Positions 1 to 9,247 of a stretch of 64,000 bases of DNA are shown in pieces. Position 1 is the first letter of the stretch. Each line of letters starts with the position of its first letter. Under the pieces are notes generated by a model. That model did no database searches and was not told the DNA's origin. It worked only from the letters and a program-made list of their open reading frames with translations. Origin of the DNA: Candidatus Profundicultor thermophilus (GTDB lineage: Bacteria; Atribacterota; Atribacteria; Atribacterales; Caldatribacteriaceae); contig JBDIWN010000001.1 of assembly GCA_039638495.1 (NCBI GenBank), positions 1,582 through 65,581 of the forward strand, in the 5' to 3' direction. A program made the translations under genes and the position numbers.

Positions 1-1362
1 GTCGCCGGTCCGCTTTTAGCGGTGGAGCAGGTTGAAGATGCCAAGTACATGGAAATTGTAGAAATTGCATTGCGGGATGGCAGTACCCGTCGGGGCCAGG
101 TGCTCATGACCAGTAAAGGCAAGGCCCTGGTGCAGGTTTTTGAGGGAACTGAGGGTATTGGAATTGGGCAGAGTACCGTTCGTTTTCTGGGACGGGTTAT
201 GGAACTTCCGGTTGCGCCGGATATTTTGGGGAGGATCTTTAATGGTTCAGGAATTTCCATTGACGGTGGACCAGAGATTGTTCCCGAAGTTCGTTTGGAC
301 ATTAATGGAAACCCTATCAACCCTGTAGCGCGTGACTACCCCACCGACTTTATCCAGACTGGGGTCTCGGCCATTGATGGTCTCAATACCTTGGTACGGG
401 GGCAGAAGCTCCCCATTTTTTCCGGTGCTGGTTTACCTCACGCTCGTCTTGCTGCTCAGATTGCTCGTCAGGCGAAAGTGCTCGGAGAAGAAGAAAAATT
501 CGCGGTGGTTTTTGGTGCGCTGGGGATTACTTTTGAAGAGGCCAATTACTTTATTTCCGAGTTGCGTAATACTGGTGCCATTGAACGTTCGGTTCTTTTT
601 GTGAATCTGGCTAATGACCCTGCGGTAGAACGGATCATTACCCCCCGTATGGCTCTTACAGCAGCAGAATTTCTGGCTTTTGAGATGGATATGCAGGTTC
701 TGGTGATTTTGACCGACATGACCAACTACTGTGAAGCGTTGCGTGAGATTTCAGCGGCTCGACGAGAAGTACCGGGACGGAGAGGATATCCTGGGTATCT
801 CTATACGGACCTTGCTACGATGTATGAACGGGCGGGAAGGATTCGAGGTAAAAAGGGGTCCATTACCCAAATTCCCATCCTCACCATGCCTGAAGATGAT
901 AAAACCCATCCTATCCCTGACCTTACCGGGTACATTACCGAAGGCCAGATTATTTTGAGCCGACAATTACATCGTAAAGGGGTGTATCCACCTATTGATG
1001 TTTTGCCTTCTCTTTCTCGTCTTCGAGACAAGGGGATTGGTAAAGGGAAGACGAGAGAGGATCATTCTGATGTGGCCAATCAGCTTTTTGCCGCCTATGC
1101 TCGAGGACGGGAAGCGTTCGAATTGGCAACCATTCTGGGAGAAGCATCATTGACTGAGCTTGACCGTCTGTACATGAAGTTTGCTGAGCGGTTTGAAGAT
1201 CGATTTGTGCGGCAGGGTGAATATGAGGACCGGAGTATCGATGAGACTCTGAACATTGGGTGGGATCTCCTGCGAATGTTGCCCAGAGAAGAACTGAAGC
1301 GTATTCGGGATGCATATCTGGCCCGATTCTATGATCAGAAAACGGGAAGGGGTTCGGAATGA
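1..1362 (+). CDS. atpB: V-type (A/V) ATP synthase subunit B, 5' end outside window
   Basis: Frame 1 is open from nt 1 ([10 protein letters not shown]...), so the listed GTG at 22 is internal. The translation has typical V/A-ATPase B regions ([10 protein letters not shown]; [35 protein letters not shown]; LPSLSRL). Confidence 0.9.
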   Translation, partial: VAGPLLAVEQVEDAKYMEIVEIALRDGSTRRGQVLMTSKGKALVQVFEGTEGIGIGQSTVRFLGRVMELPVAPDILGRIFNGSGISIDGGPEIVPEVRLDINGNPINPVARDYPTDFIQTGVSAIDGLNTLVRGQKLPIFSGAGLPHARLAAQIARQAKVLGEEEKFAVVFGALGITFEEANYFISELRNTGAIERSVLFVNLANDPAVERIITPRMALTAAEFLAFEMDMQVLVILTDMTNYCEALREISAARREVPGRRGYPGYLYTDLATMYERAGRIRGKKGSITQIPILTMPEDDKTHPIPDLTGYITEGQIILSRQLHRKGVYPPIDVLPSLSRLRDKGIGKGKTREDHSDVANQLFAAYARGREAFELATILGEASLTELDRLYMKFAERFEDRFVRQGEYEDRSIDETLNIGWDLLRMLPREELKRIRDAYLARFYDQKTGRGSE

Positions 1363-1973
1363 GACTGAATGTGAATCCGAACCGCATGGAGTTGATGAAG
1401 CTCAAAAATCGCCTGAGCGTGGCACGTCGGGGGCATAAGCTTCTCAAGGATAAGCTGGATGCGCTGATTCAGGATTTTGTGCGAGTAGTCCGGGAGAACG
1501 CCAATCTGCGCCGCCAGATTGAAAGAGAAGTCGTTCGAGCTTTTGAGGCGCAGAATAAGGCTTCTTTGATGCTTTCTGAAGAAGATAAAGCACTGATTAC
1601 CGTTTTCTCCCGACAGCGGTTGGTGCTTGAAGTGAGTACCAGAAGAATTACTGGAGTGAGGGTTCCCCACTTCGAAGTCAAGGTGGAAGGAAGCGCCTAC
1701 AACTATGGACTGGTCAGCACTCCCGCAGAAATCGATGCTGCGTTTGGCTCCTTTTTCCAGGTTTTGACGCTTCTTGTGAAGCTTGCCGAGGTGGAAAAAA
1801 CCATTGAGTTACTGGCAGTGGAGATCGAGAAGACACGTCGCCGGGTCAATGCGCTCGAATATGTGCTGATACCAAGTTTGGAGGAAACCATACGATATAT
1901 CAATCTTAAGCTTGACGAGCTGGCTCGCTCGGCGGTAGTGAGCATCATGCGTATCAAGGGGTCGCTGAAATGA
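1359..1973 (+). CDS. atpD: V-type ATP synthase subunit D (central stalk)
   Basis: ATGA overlap with subunit B. 204-aa coiled-coil protein starting [19 protein letters not shown], with the [16 protein letters not shown] region typical of subunit D. Confidence 0.85.
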   Translation: MRLNVNPNRMELMKLKNRLSVARRGHKLLKDKLDALIQDFVRVVRENANLRRQIEREVVRAFEAQNKASLMLSEEDKALITVFSRQRLVLEVSTRRITGVRVPHFEVKVEGSAYNYGLVSTPAEIDAAFGSFFQVLTLLVKLAEVEKTIELLAVEIEKTRRRVNALEYVLIPSLEETIRYINLKLDELARSAVVSIMRIKGSLK

Positions 1974-1974
1974 G

Positions 1975-2697
1975 TTGAGGATCGCCGTTCTTTCGGACAT
2001 TCATGGAAATTTTGATGCTTTGAGTGCTGTGGCTTCGTCCATTGCGGTAGAAGAAGTAGTGGTTTTGGGAGATGTGGTTGGATACGGAGCTCAACCGGAA
2101 GAATGTGTGCGATGGGTTATGGCCAAAAAGGCAAGAATGGTGATGGGAAATCACGAAGCTTGTCTTTTGGGTATTTTGCCGTTATCCTGGTTTAACCCTC
2201 AAGCCCAAGAAGCGGTGTTATGGACACGAGAGCAACTGAGCACTTTCAGTGTCCTTTTTCTTCAGTCCTTACCCCATGTGGATCGCCAGGACGACGTTTT
2301 CTGGGTGCATGGGAGTTTACGGGAACCGGTGGAAGAGTATCTAACCAGTGTCTCTTCGGCTCACACTCTTTTTGAACATTTCTCGTTTTGGGTCTGTTTT
2401 TTTGGTCATACCCATGTAGCTGAAGGGTATGTGTACCAGAATGGGAGGGTGGAACGGATTTCTTTTGTAGAGGGGGGAGAAATTATTCTCTCTCCAGAGA
2501 AGCGTTATCTCATTAACTGTGGAAGTGTTGGTCAACCCCGGGATGGGAATCCTGAAGCGAGTTTTGGTATTTATGATGTGGAAGAGCAAAGGGTGAGGAT
2601 AGAGCGGGTACAGTATGACATTGAAAAAGCGGCTCAAAAAATCCTCCAAGCTGGACTTCCTGAGGGTCTTGCATACCGACTGTGGGAGGGTAGGTGA
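1975..2697 (+). CDS. Metallophosphoesterase (calcineurin-like, YfcE/MJ0936-type)
   Basis: TTG start 1 nt after the atpD stop. Motifs DIHGN, GDVVGYG, GNHE and GHTH are present in the expected order. Confidence 0.8.
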   Translation: MRIAVLSDIHGNFDALSAVASSIAVEEVVVLGDVVGYGAQPEECVRWVMAKKARMVMGNHEACLLGILPLSWFNPQAQEAVLWTREQLSTFSVLFLQSLPHVDRQDDVFWVHGSLREPVEEYLTSVSSAHTLFEHFSFWVCFFGHTHVAEGYVYQNGRVERISFVEGGEIILSPEKRYLINCGSVGQPRDGNPEASFGIYDVEEQRVRIERVQYDIEKAAQKILQAGLPEGLAYRLWEGR

Positions 2698-2726
2698 TTG
2701 ACAACGGACAGGGGGCGTGTTACTTT
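2698..2726 (+). promoter_or_regulatory. Possible sigma70-type promoter for the liv operon
   Basis: TTGACA (2698-2703), a 17-nt spacer, then TACTTT (2721-2726) in the gap upstream of the binding-protein gene. The -10 is weak. Confidence 0.3.
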
Positions 2727-2760
2727 TACACCATAGAAAACGAGAAAGGGGGAGTTTGTT

Positions 2761-3882
2761 TTGCGAGGGTGGATGAAGTATTTTGGAGTGATGATTTTGG
2801 TTCTTTTTACAAGTTGTGTTTGGGCTCAGGATGTCATTCGGGTTGGGGCAAACTTGGAGATGACCGGAGCTGTGGCAGCGTATGGGCAGATGATTTGGGA
2901 GGGGATCAATTTAGTACGGGAACTTGTTGGTGATGAGGTGTGGGGAAGAAAAGTTGAATTGGTTCTGGTGGATAATAAGAGCGATAAGGTAGAATCGGCG
3001 AATGCTGCCACCCGTCTTATTGACAAGGAAAAGGTGGTGGCGATGATTGGTCCAGCCATAAGTGGGAGCATGCTGGCAGTGGGACCAATCTGTGAGGAAA
3101 AACAAATTCCGGTTATTTCGGCTACAGCCACCAATCCCCTGGTAACGCAGGGGAAGAAATTCGTTTTCCGAGCCTGTTTCCTTGATCCCTACCAGGCTGC
3201 AGCAGCTGCGGTCTTTGCCCGGAATGATCTTAAGGCCGAGACAGCAGCAATTCTTTCGGATATTGCTCAGGATTATTGCGTGGCTTTGGGGAACTTCTTT
3301 AAAGAGGAGTTTGAAAAACGAGGCGGAAAGATTGTGGTAGAACAGAACTGTAAGACTGGAGATCAGGATTTCTCAGCTCAGCTCACCACCATCATTAATG
3401 CGAACCCTGATATTCTCTACGTTCCAAATTATTACACTGAAATTGCACTCATCTCCCGTCAGGCAAGAGACCTGGGGTTTGAGGGAATCATCCTCTCGGC
3501 GGATGGTGCTGATGCTCCAGAGTTATTCGAAGTGGGAGGAGATGCGGTAGAGGGTCTCTATCATACTGCTATCTGGGATGCGACAAAGGGTCTGAATGAT
3601 GTGGGTCAGAGGTATATCGAACTTTATCAGAAAAAATATGGCAAAGATCCCAACATGTTTGGTGCCCTGGGTGCTGATGCGTATCTTATTCTCGTCGACG
3701 CCATCAAGAGAGCTGGCTCCTTAGATCCTGTAGCCATTCGGAATATGATAGAAGAGACGGCTGACCTTGAGGTGGTGACCGGTAAAGTCACCATTGAAAA
3801 CGGTGACGCGGTTAAACCAGTGGTGGTGCGAAAGGTAGAAGGTGGGAAATTCAATTTCGTCAAGACGGTCGTGGTAGAGTAG
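2761..3882 (+). CDS. livJ: Branched-chain amino acid ABC transporter substrate-binding protein (LivJ/LivK-like)
   Basis: N-terminal signal peptide (MKYFGVMILVLFTSCVWAQD) and type I periplasmic-binding-protein-like sequence. It heads a complete livHMGF set. The start is either TTG 2761 (GGGGGAG 6 nt upstream) or ATG 2773. Confidence 0.85.
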   Translation: MRGWMKYFGVMILVLFTSCVWAQDVIRVGANLEMTGAVAAYGQMIWEGINLVRELVGDEVWGRKVELVLVDNKSDKVESANAATRLIDKEKVVAMIGPAISGSMLAVGPICEEKQIPVISATATNPLVTQGKKFVFRACFLDPYQAAAAAVFARNDLKAETAAILSDIAQDYCVALGNFFKEEFEKRGGKIVVEQNCKTGDQDFSAQLTTIINANPDILYVPNYYTEIALISRQARDLGFEGIILSADGADAPELFEVGGDAVEGLYHTAIWDATKGLNDVGQRYIELYQKKYGKDPNMFGALGADAYLILVDAIKRAGSLDPVAIRNMIEETADLEVVTGKVTIENGDAVKPVVVRKVEGGKFNFVKTVVVE

Positions 3883-3890
3883 GATGTTCT

Positions 3891-3921
3891 GGCTACGGGG
3901 CGTACGCCCCGTAGCCTTTTT
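3891..3921 (+). terminator. Intercistronic GC-rich hairpin plus T-run between livJ and livH
   Basis: Perfect inverted repeat GGCTACGGGGCG/CGCCCCGTAGCC (3891-3902 and 3905-3916) followed by TTTTT. This is the usual arrangement for over-expressing the binding protein relative to the permease genes. Confidence 0.7.
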
Positions 3922-3935
3922 AGTGAGGAAGAGGA

Positions 3936-4829
3936 ATGAGCTGGACAACCTTTTTTCAGCAGTTAATGAATGGGATTTCGGTAGGGAGTCTCTATGCCTT
4001 ACTGGCGATTGGTTATACCCTGGTATATGGGATTCTGGGTCTCATTAATTTTGCGCATAGTGACGTTTTTATGTTGGGTACCTACTTTGCTTTTTTCATG
4101 ATTGGAGTTTTTCTCCTTCCCTGGTGGCTGTCAGTAGTCATTGGGGTAGGTTTGTGTGCCCTCGTGGGTATGACCATTGAGCGGGTTGCTTATCGTCCTC
4201 TGCGGAATGCCCCGCGTATTTCTGCGTTGATTACCGCTGTGGGAGTGTCTTTTTTCATCGAAAACCTGGGGCTGGTTACGGTGGGAGCCCGTCCCAAGGG
4301 TTTTCCTCGTCCTGAGCTCATGAAAAATGTTTACTTTATTGCTGGAGCACGTATTCAGGGAGTGACTTTCTGGGTACCCCTTTTCAGCATTGCCATTCTT
4401 CTGGTGCTGTTTTACCTGGTCTATCGAACCAAAATGGGTATGGCTATGCGGGCGGTATCAAGGGATATGGAAACCACAAGGCTCATGGGAGTCAATGTGG
4501 ACCGTATTATTCTTTATACCTTTGCTCTGGGGTCTGCATTGGCTGGTATTGGTGGTGTTTTGTGGGCGTGCAAGTATCCCCAAATTAATCCTCTCATGGG
4601 CACTTTTCCAGGGTGGAAAGCATTTACTGCGGCGGTGGTGGGAGGGATTGGAAATGTAGTTGGGGCGATGATTGGAGGATTTATCATCGGTTTGGCAGAG
4701 ATTTTGATTGTGGCTTTCTTTCCAAATCTTACTGGATATCGGGATGCCTTTGTGTTCGCTTTGCTGATTCTGTTTTTGCTGGTCAAACCAAGTGGAGTTA
4801 TGGGTGAAACATTGAAGGAGAAAGTGTAA
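3936..4829 (+). CDS. livH: Branched-chain amino acid ABC transporter permease LivH
   Basis: 297-aa polytopic membrane protein with a LivH-like N-terminus (FFQQLMNGISVGSLYALLAIGYTLVYG). Position in the liv operon fits. Confidence 0.9.
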   Translation: MSWTTFFQQLMNGISVGSLYALLAIGYTLVYGILGLINFAHSDVFMLGTYFAFFMIGVFLLPWWLSVVIGVGLCALVGMTIERVAYRPLRNAPRISALITAVGVSFFIENLGLVTVGARPKGFPRPELMKNVYFIAGARIQGVTFWVPLFSIAILLVLFYLVYRTKMGMAMRAVSRDMETTRLMGVNVDRIILYTFALGSALAGIGGVLWACKYPQINPLMGTFPGWKAFTAAVVGGIGNVVGAMIGGFIIGLAEILIVAFFPNLTGYRDAFVFALLILFLLVKPSGVMGETLKEKV

Positions 4830-4832
4830 TTC

Positions 4833-5900
4833 ATGTCCAAGGTCGAAAAAAGGAATTTCCTGCTGACTGGATTTTTCTTTGTCCTTTTGATGGTGGGAGT
4901 GTGGTGGGCGCAGAATCATTTAAATGCGTATTTAGTGAGAATTTTTAACACCGCCTGCATCTATGTCGTGGCAGCAACGGCATATAATTTGGTGAACGGC
5001 GTTACGGGACAGTTTTCTCTGGGTCCGAATGGATTTATGGCTATTGGTGGGTATACGGTGGCTTTACTCATGTTGCCTCTTTCGCAAAAACAGGAAGTGT
5101 ACTTCTTGCAACCGCTCATGTGGCCCTTTAGTGCCTTCAGCTTTCCTCCCTCCCTTTTCCTTTTAGCCCTTGTTTTGGGTGGACTTCTGGCATCTCTGGT
5201 GGCAATTTGCATTGGGGTGCCCACTTTGAGGCTTAGAGGTGATTATCTAGCAATAGCAACCTTTGGCTTTGGAGAGATTATCATTGTTCTGGCAAATAAT
5301 CTTATTCCCCTTACCAATGGGGCTCTGGGAATTAAGGGCATACCCGAATATACCAACCTCTGGTGGACGGTGAACTGGGCGTTCTGGACCGTTTTTGCGC
5401 TTAAAAATCTGGTCAATTCAAGTTTTGGAAGGGCACTCAAGGCCATTCGTGAAGATGAAGTCGCTGCTGAAGCTATGGGTATTAACCTCTTTCGCCATAA
5501 ACTTCTGGCTTTCGCTTTGAGTGGGTTCTTTGCCGGTGTGGCAGGGGGACTTTTTGTAACGTTAATCAGCACCGTTTCTCCTACGCTTTTCACTTTCACC
5601 ATGACTTTCAACCTGCTTATCATCATCGTTCTGGGTGGATTGGGGAGTCTTACTGGTTCTACGGTGACGGCGATTCTTTTTGCGTTCTTGCAGGAAGGCT
5701 TGCGAGAAGTAGAAGCACCTCACGTCATTGGTTCCTGGACTTTTCCGGGTATTCCAGGCATGAGAATGGTGGTGTTTTCGGCTATACTGGTTTTGCTGAT
5801 GATTTTTTATCGTCGAGGTCTTTTTGGTCGACGGGAGCTATCCTGGCAGGATTTTGTGAATGTATGGTCCAGGGGGAGAAACGTTCATGGAATATCGTGA
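4833..5900 (+). CDS. livM: Branched-chain amino acid ABC transporter permease LivM
   Basis: 355-aa polytopic membrane protein with LivM-like segments (YNLVNGVTGQFSLGPNGFMAIGGY; LRGDYLAIATFGFGEII). Confidence 0.9.
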   Translation: MSKVEKRNFLLTGFFFVLLMVGVWWAQNHLNAYLVRIFNTACIYVVAATAYNLVNGVTGQFSLGPNGFMAIGGYTVALLMLPLSQKQEVYFLQPLMWPFSAFSFPPSLFLLALVLGGLLASLVAICIGVPTLRLRGDYLAIATFGFGEIIIVLANNLIPLTNGALGIKGIPEYTNLWWTVNWAFWTVFALKNLVNSSFGRALKAIREDEVAAEAMGINLFRHKLLAFALSGFFAGVAGGLFVTLISTVSPTLFTFTMTFNLLIIIVLGGLGSLTGSTVTAILFAFLQEGLREVEAPHVIGSWTFPGIPGMRMVVFSAILVLLMIFYRRGLFGRRELSWQDFVNVWSRGRNVHGIS

Positions 5901-6666
5901 TTCCCGGATGCTCTATCTTGACAAACTGACCATTGCTTTTGGGGGATTGCTTGCAGTCAATGACTTCTCTCTGGAAATATTTCCAGGGGATCTCGTGGGC
6001 CTCATTGGCCCAAATGGGGCAGGGAAGACCACCGTATTTAATTTAATTAGTGGTCAGTACTTTCCCACCAGGGGTAAAGTATGGTTTAACGGTCGGGAAA
6101 TTACAGGTCTATCGCCGGATAAAATTACTGCTTTGGGGATTGCTCGAACCTTTCAAAATATTCGGTTGTTCGGTGACTTGAGCGTTTTGGAAAATGTGCT
6201 GGTATCCTTTCATGTGCGCACCAAAAGTTCTTTTTTGTCCTCTATGTTTTGCCTCCCTCGTTCTTTACAGGAAGAAAAAAAGGTTCGGGAAGCAGCCTAT
6301 GCGCTCCTCGAAGCGGTGGGATTGAAGGATATGGCTTTTGAAAGTGCTAGATCGCTTCCCTACGGGCAACAGAGGCGTCTAGAAATTGCTCGAGCCCTAG
6401 CCACTTATCCTAAGCTTCTCCTTCTCGATGAGCCAGCGGCGGGAATGAATCCCCAGGAAACACAGGAGCTCATGGAATTTATTCAGAAAATTCGGAGAGA
6501 GTTCAGCTTGACCATTTTTCTCATTGAGCATGATATGAAAGTGGTGATGGGAATCTGCGAACGTGTCGCAGTGATGGATTTTGGACTTAAAATTGCCGAA
6601 GGAACTCCAGAAGAAATTCGTAATGACCCTCGAGTTATTGAGGCGTATCTGGGAGTGGAAGGCTGA
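5887..6666 (+). CDS. livG: Branched-chain amino acid ABC transporter ATP-binding protein LivG
   Basis: Walker A GPNGAGKTT, ABC signature LPYGQQRRLE, Walker B LLLLDEPAAG. ATG 5887 preferred (GGGGGAG upstream), overlapping the livM end. Confidence 0.9.
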   Translation: MEYRDSRMLYLDKLTIAFGGLLAVNDFSLEIFPGDLVGLIGPNGAGKTTVFNLISGQYFPTRGKVWFNGREITGLSPDKITALGIARTFQNIRLFGDLSVLENVLVSFHVRTKSSFLSSMFCLPRSLQEEKKVREAAYALLEAVGLKDMAFESARSLPYGQQRRLEIARALATYPKLLLLDEPAAGMNPQETQELMEFIQKIRREFSLTIFLIEHDMKVVMGICERVAVMDFGLKIAEGTPEEIRNDPRVIEAYLGVEG

Positions 6667-6667
6667 A

Positions 6668-7390
6668 ATGGACCAGAGTACAGTTTTGAAGGTTGAGGAT
6701 TTACACGTTTTCTATGGTGGGATTCATGCTTTGAAAGGGATTTCCCTGGAGGTACAGAAGGGGAAAATCATCGCCCTCATTGGAGCGAATGGTGCCGGTA
6801 AAAGTACCACCTTGAGGACGATATCTGGTCTTGTAAAACCCCAGAGGGGGCAGATTCATTTTTGGGGTGAAGATGTGACGGAGAAAGCGTCGCACAAAAT
6901 TGTGGAGCTTGGTATTGTCATGGTTCCTGAGGGGAGGAGGATTTTTCCTAATCTTACGGTGATGGAAAATCTTCTTTTGGGGAGTTACATTCGCCAGAAC
7001 CGTCAGGAAGTAAAAAAAGATCTTGACTGGGTTTTTGCCCTCTTTCCTCGTCTTCGCGAGCGAACCTGGCAAAAAGGAGGGACATTGAGTGGTGGTGAAC
7101 AGCAGATGCTGGCTGTAGCCCGGGCCTTGATGTCTCGTCCAAGGCTTCTCATGATGGATGAACCTTCTTTGGGATTAGCACCACTTCTGGTCAGGGAAAT
7201 CTTTCAGATCATTACCACCCTGAATCGAGAAGGGGTAACGATTCTCCTTATTGAGCAAAACGCCAAAGCGGCATTAGAGATTGCTGATTATGCTTATGTT
7301 CTTGAGACTGGTCGCATTACCCTGCGGGGTGAGGGAAAACATCTTCTTCTTGATGAACGGGTAAGAAAAGCCTATCTTGGAGAGGGATAG
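6668..7390 (+). CDS. livF: Branched-chain amino acid ABC transporter ATP-binding protein LivF
   Basis: Walker A GANGAGKST, signature LSGGEQQMLA, Walker B LLMMDEPSLG. ATG 6668 lies 1 nt after the livG stop. Confidence 0.9.
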   Translation: MDQSTVLKVEDLHVFYGGIHALKGISLEVQKGKIIALIGANGAGKSTTLRTISGLVKPQRGQIHFWGEDVTEKASHKIVELGIVMVPEGRRIFPNLTVMENLLLGSYIRQNRQEVKKDLDWVFALFPRLRERTWQKGGTLSGGEQQMLAVARALMSRPRLLMMDEPSLGLAPLLVREIFQIITTLNREGVTILLIEQNAKAALEIADYAYVLETGRITLRGEGKHLLLDERVRKAYLGEG

Positions 7391-7400
7391 GGTTAACTCC

Positions 7401-7940
7401 CTATTCGCAAATGTTTTCTGTGCAAGAAGATTGGGTCTTTTTTTGGGAAGCCACTTTTTTCTCCATCAAGACTGACAGAGCTTGGGCAATTTTCTCATAA
7501 CTCACATTTTTGTCCCAGCGCTGGACCACTCTTCCGGTTGGTGAAAGGAGAAAGAGACTCGGTGTATTCCATATACCCAAAATCACCCGGTCTCGGGGAG
7601 CAAGGTAATAAATCTTCATCTCAAAGGGCAAACTTTCATGGATATTCTGCAACGCCCGCCAGTCGCATTCCGAACAGATTGGAAAAAAGAGGAGGGTATC
7701 GTTTCCCTTGAGTTTATTTTGGAACTGGAGTACCGTGTTGAGACAGGAGAAACAATCGGGAGAAAAAAAATAAAGCAAAGACCACGATGAAAGAGGAATA
7801 CGCTGCTCTTCACCTTGGAGGGTGTAAAGATTGAAGGTGGGCAATTTTCGTACTGATGCTCCAGCATAACCAATGGTTCCGATGGTTATGGCAACGACGA
7901 GAAACATGAGGGCAAACTTCAACCATTGTACCTTTTTCAT
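7401..7940 (-). CDS. Membrane-anchored thioredoxin-fold thiol-disulfide oxidoreductase (TlpA/ResA-like)
   Basis: N-terminal TM (WLKFALMFLVVAITIGTIGYA), CxxC motif in thioredoxin context (FFSPDCFSC), and a second CSEC pair. Strong AGGAGG RBS upstream. It follows the TolB-like gene by 15 nt. Confidence 0.65.
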   Translation of the reverse strand: MKKVQWLKFALMFLVVAITIGTIGYAGASVRKLPTFNLYTLQGEEQRIPLSSWSLLYFFSPDCFSCLNTVLQFQNKLKGNDTLLFFPICSECDWRALQNIHESLPFEMKIYYLAPRDRVILGIWNTPSLFLLSPTGRVVQRWDKNVSYEKIAQALSVLMEKKVASQKKTQSSCTENICE

Positions 7941-7955
7941 GAGTGTTACCTCCTT

Positions 7956-9170
7956 TTAATAAATCGGATAGGGTGTGAATACCGGATCTCCCTCTTGGGC
8001 CAAGGAAGAAGTGAGGCGGTAGATGAGGTTCCTTTTGTAGAGGTCCAACACAAAGATGTCCCAATTGTTACCTTCTTTCTGGCCTCTGAAAGTTATCCAT
8101 CGCCCGTCCGGGGAAGGAGCGGGATGAGCTTTGGGAAAGTTGTCCACCGTCAGTCGGGTGATGTTTCTTTCGAATACGCTGTAAAGGTAAAGGTCATACA
8201 TTCCATTGATCTCGCCAACAAAAACAATATTTTGTCCATTGAACATAAAGGTTGGTTGAAAAACATTACCAGGGAAATCAAGAGTTTCTTCGGTCTGGGA
8301 AAGAAGATTCTTTATCTTGAGTTGCCACTTCCCCCCGGTGAGTTCGCAGTAGATGAATCGCTGACCATCTCTGGAAAATGATGGGGCATCGACTGGATTT
8401 TCCTTTTCAAAGAGGAGACGTTGATTGGAGCCATCCAGATTCATGGTAAAGAACCCCCTTTTTGTGTTGCGCTCGGAGACGAAAACAATTTTCCGGTCTC
8501 TCTCGGAAAACGAGGGAGAAGCATCGCTCCATTCCCAGGGGCTGAGGCACTGAAATGCGCGCTCCTGCATCGCAAAGAGGTAGATGGCTTTTTTATGACC
8601 CTGGTTCGCTACAAAGGCGAGGAACTGACCATCGGGACTCATGGTGAGGCCCTCCGCTGGTCCAAAGAGGAAGGAAGTGAGCAGTACCTCTCTTTTTCCC
8701 TGCGGGTCAATAGCCAGAAGCAGGAACTGACCATTCGTTTCACGGGGAAAAATAATTTTGATCTCCGGTTCAAGAGCCAGAATTTTTCGCATCTTCTCTT
8801 TTAACGTTGCTTCCATTGTTTTTCCTTCTTCTTTCTTGCGTACCATAGATAAAATTTCTTGCCTAAAATGGAGATCAATTAGTTCTACAAAGAGCAAAGA
8901 ATCCTTTTCGTAAGCCACAAAAAAGAGATTGGCGAGTGAGGCTAATTTTTCTAAGGAGACGGGTTTCGTAATTTCTTCTTGGGGAGGGAGAGGTTCAGGG
9001 GGGACAACCACGATGAGGTTTGCTTCATGGGCGAAGAATTCTTTGAGGGAGAGGATGGATTCGTTCTGGGTATAATCCAAAAAAAGGAGCTTCTCTGAAG
9101 CGTTGGTTTGATGAGTGATGATGAGTATCCAGAGGAAGGCTACAAAAAAAATCTGGTGACTTTTTTTCAT
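7956..9170 (-). CDS. TolB-like periplasmic beta-propeller protein
   Basis: Start moved to ATG 9170, giving a signal peptide MKKSHQIFFVAFLWILIITHQTNA. The C-terminal two thirds carry repeated PD40/WD40-like units (SPDGQFLAFV, SFSERDRKIVFVS, SFSRDGQRFIY, SPDGRWITF). Confidence 0.7.
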   Translation of the reverse strand: MKKSHQIFFVAFLWILIITHQTNASEKLLFLDYTQNESILSLKEFFAHEANLIVVVPPEPLPPQEEITKPVSLEKLASLANLFFVAYEKDSLLFVELIDLHFRQEILSMVRKKEEGKTMEATLKEKMRKILALEPEIKIIFPRETNGQFLLLAIDPQGKREVLLTSFLFGPAEGLTMSPDGQFLAFVANQGHKKAIYLFAMQERAFQCLSPWEWSDASPSFSERDRKIVFVSERNTKRGFFTMNLDGSNQRLLFEKENPVDAPSFSRDGQRFIYCELTGGKWQLKIKNLLSQTEETLDFPGNVFQPTFMFNGQNIVFVGEINGMYDLYLYSVFERNITRLTVDNFPKAHPAPSPDGRWITFRGQKEGNNWDIFVLDLYKRNLIYRLTSSLAQEGDPVFTPYPIY

Positions 9171-9220
9171 TTTGTTGGGATACCCCCTTTGCGGTGAGCA
9201 ATTCTTCACGCTTTTTTAAT

Positions 9221-9228
9221 AGTATAAT
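9221..9228. promoter_or_regulatory. Overlapping divergent -10 elements in the TolB-like / cmk-like intergenic region
   Basis: TATAAT at 9223-9228 on + and TATACT (reverse complement of 9221-9226) on -. No convincing -35 on either strand. The + strand -10 supports the GTG 9248 start of the downstream gene. Confidence 0.3.
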
Positions 9229-9247
9229 AAAAGCTGGTGAAAATAAA

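Noticed and set aside
2694-2933. 79-aa ORF overlapping the livJ 5' end in another frame
   Set aside because: It overlaps the signal-peptide-encoding start of a well-supported gene and the putative promoter. There is no RBS.
7926-8804. Plus-strand ORFs 7926-8381 and 8421-8804, opposite the TolB-like gene
   Set aside because: These are shadow ORFs. The minus-strand product has a signal peptide and repeated PD40-like units, while the plus-strand products have no recognisable features.
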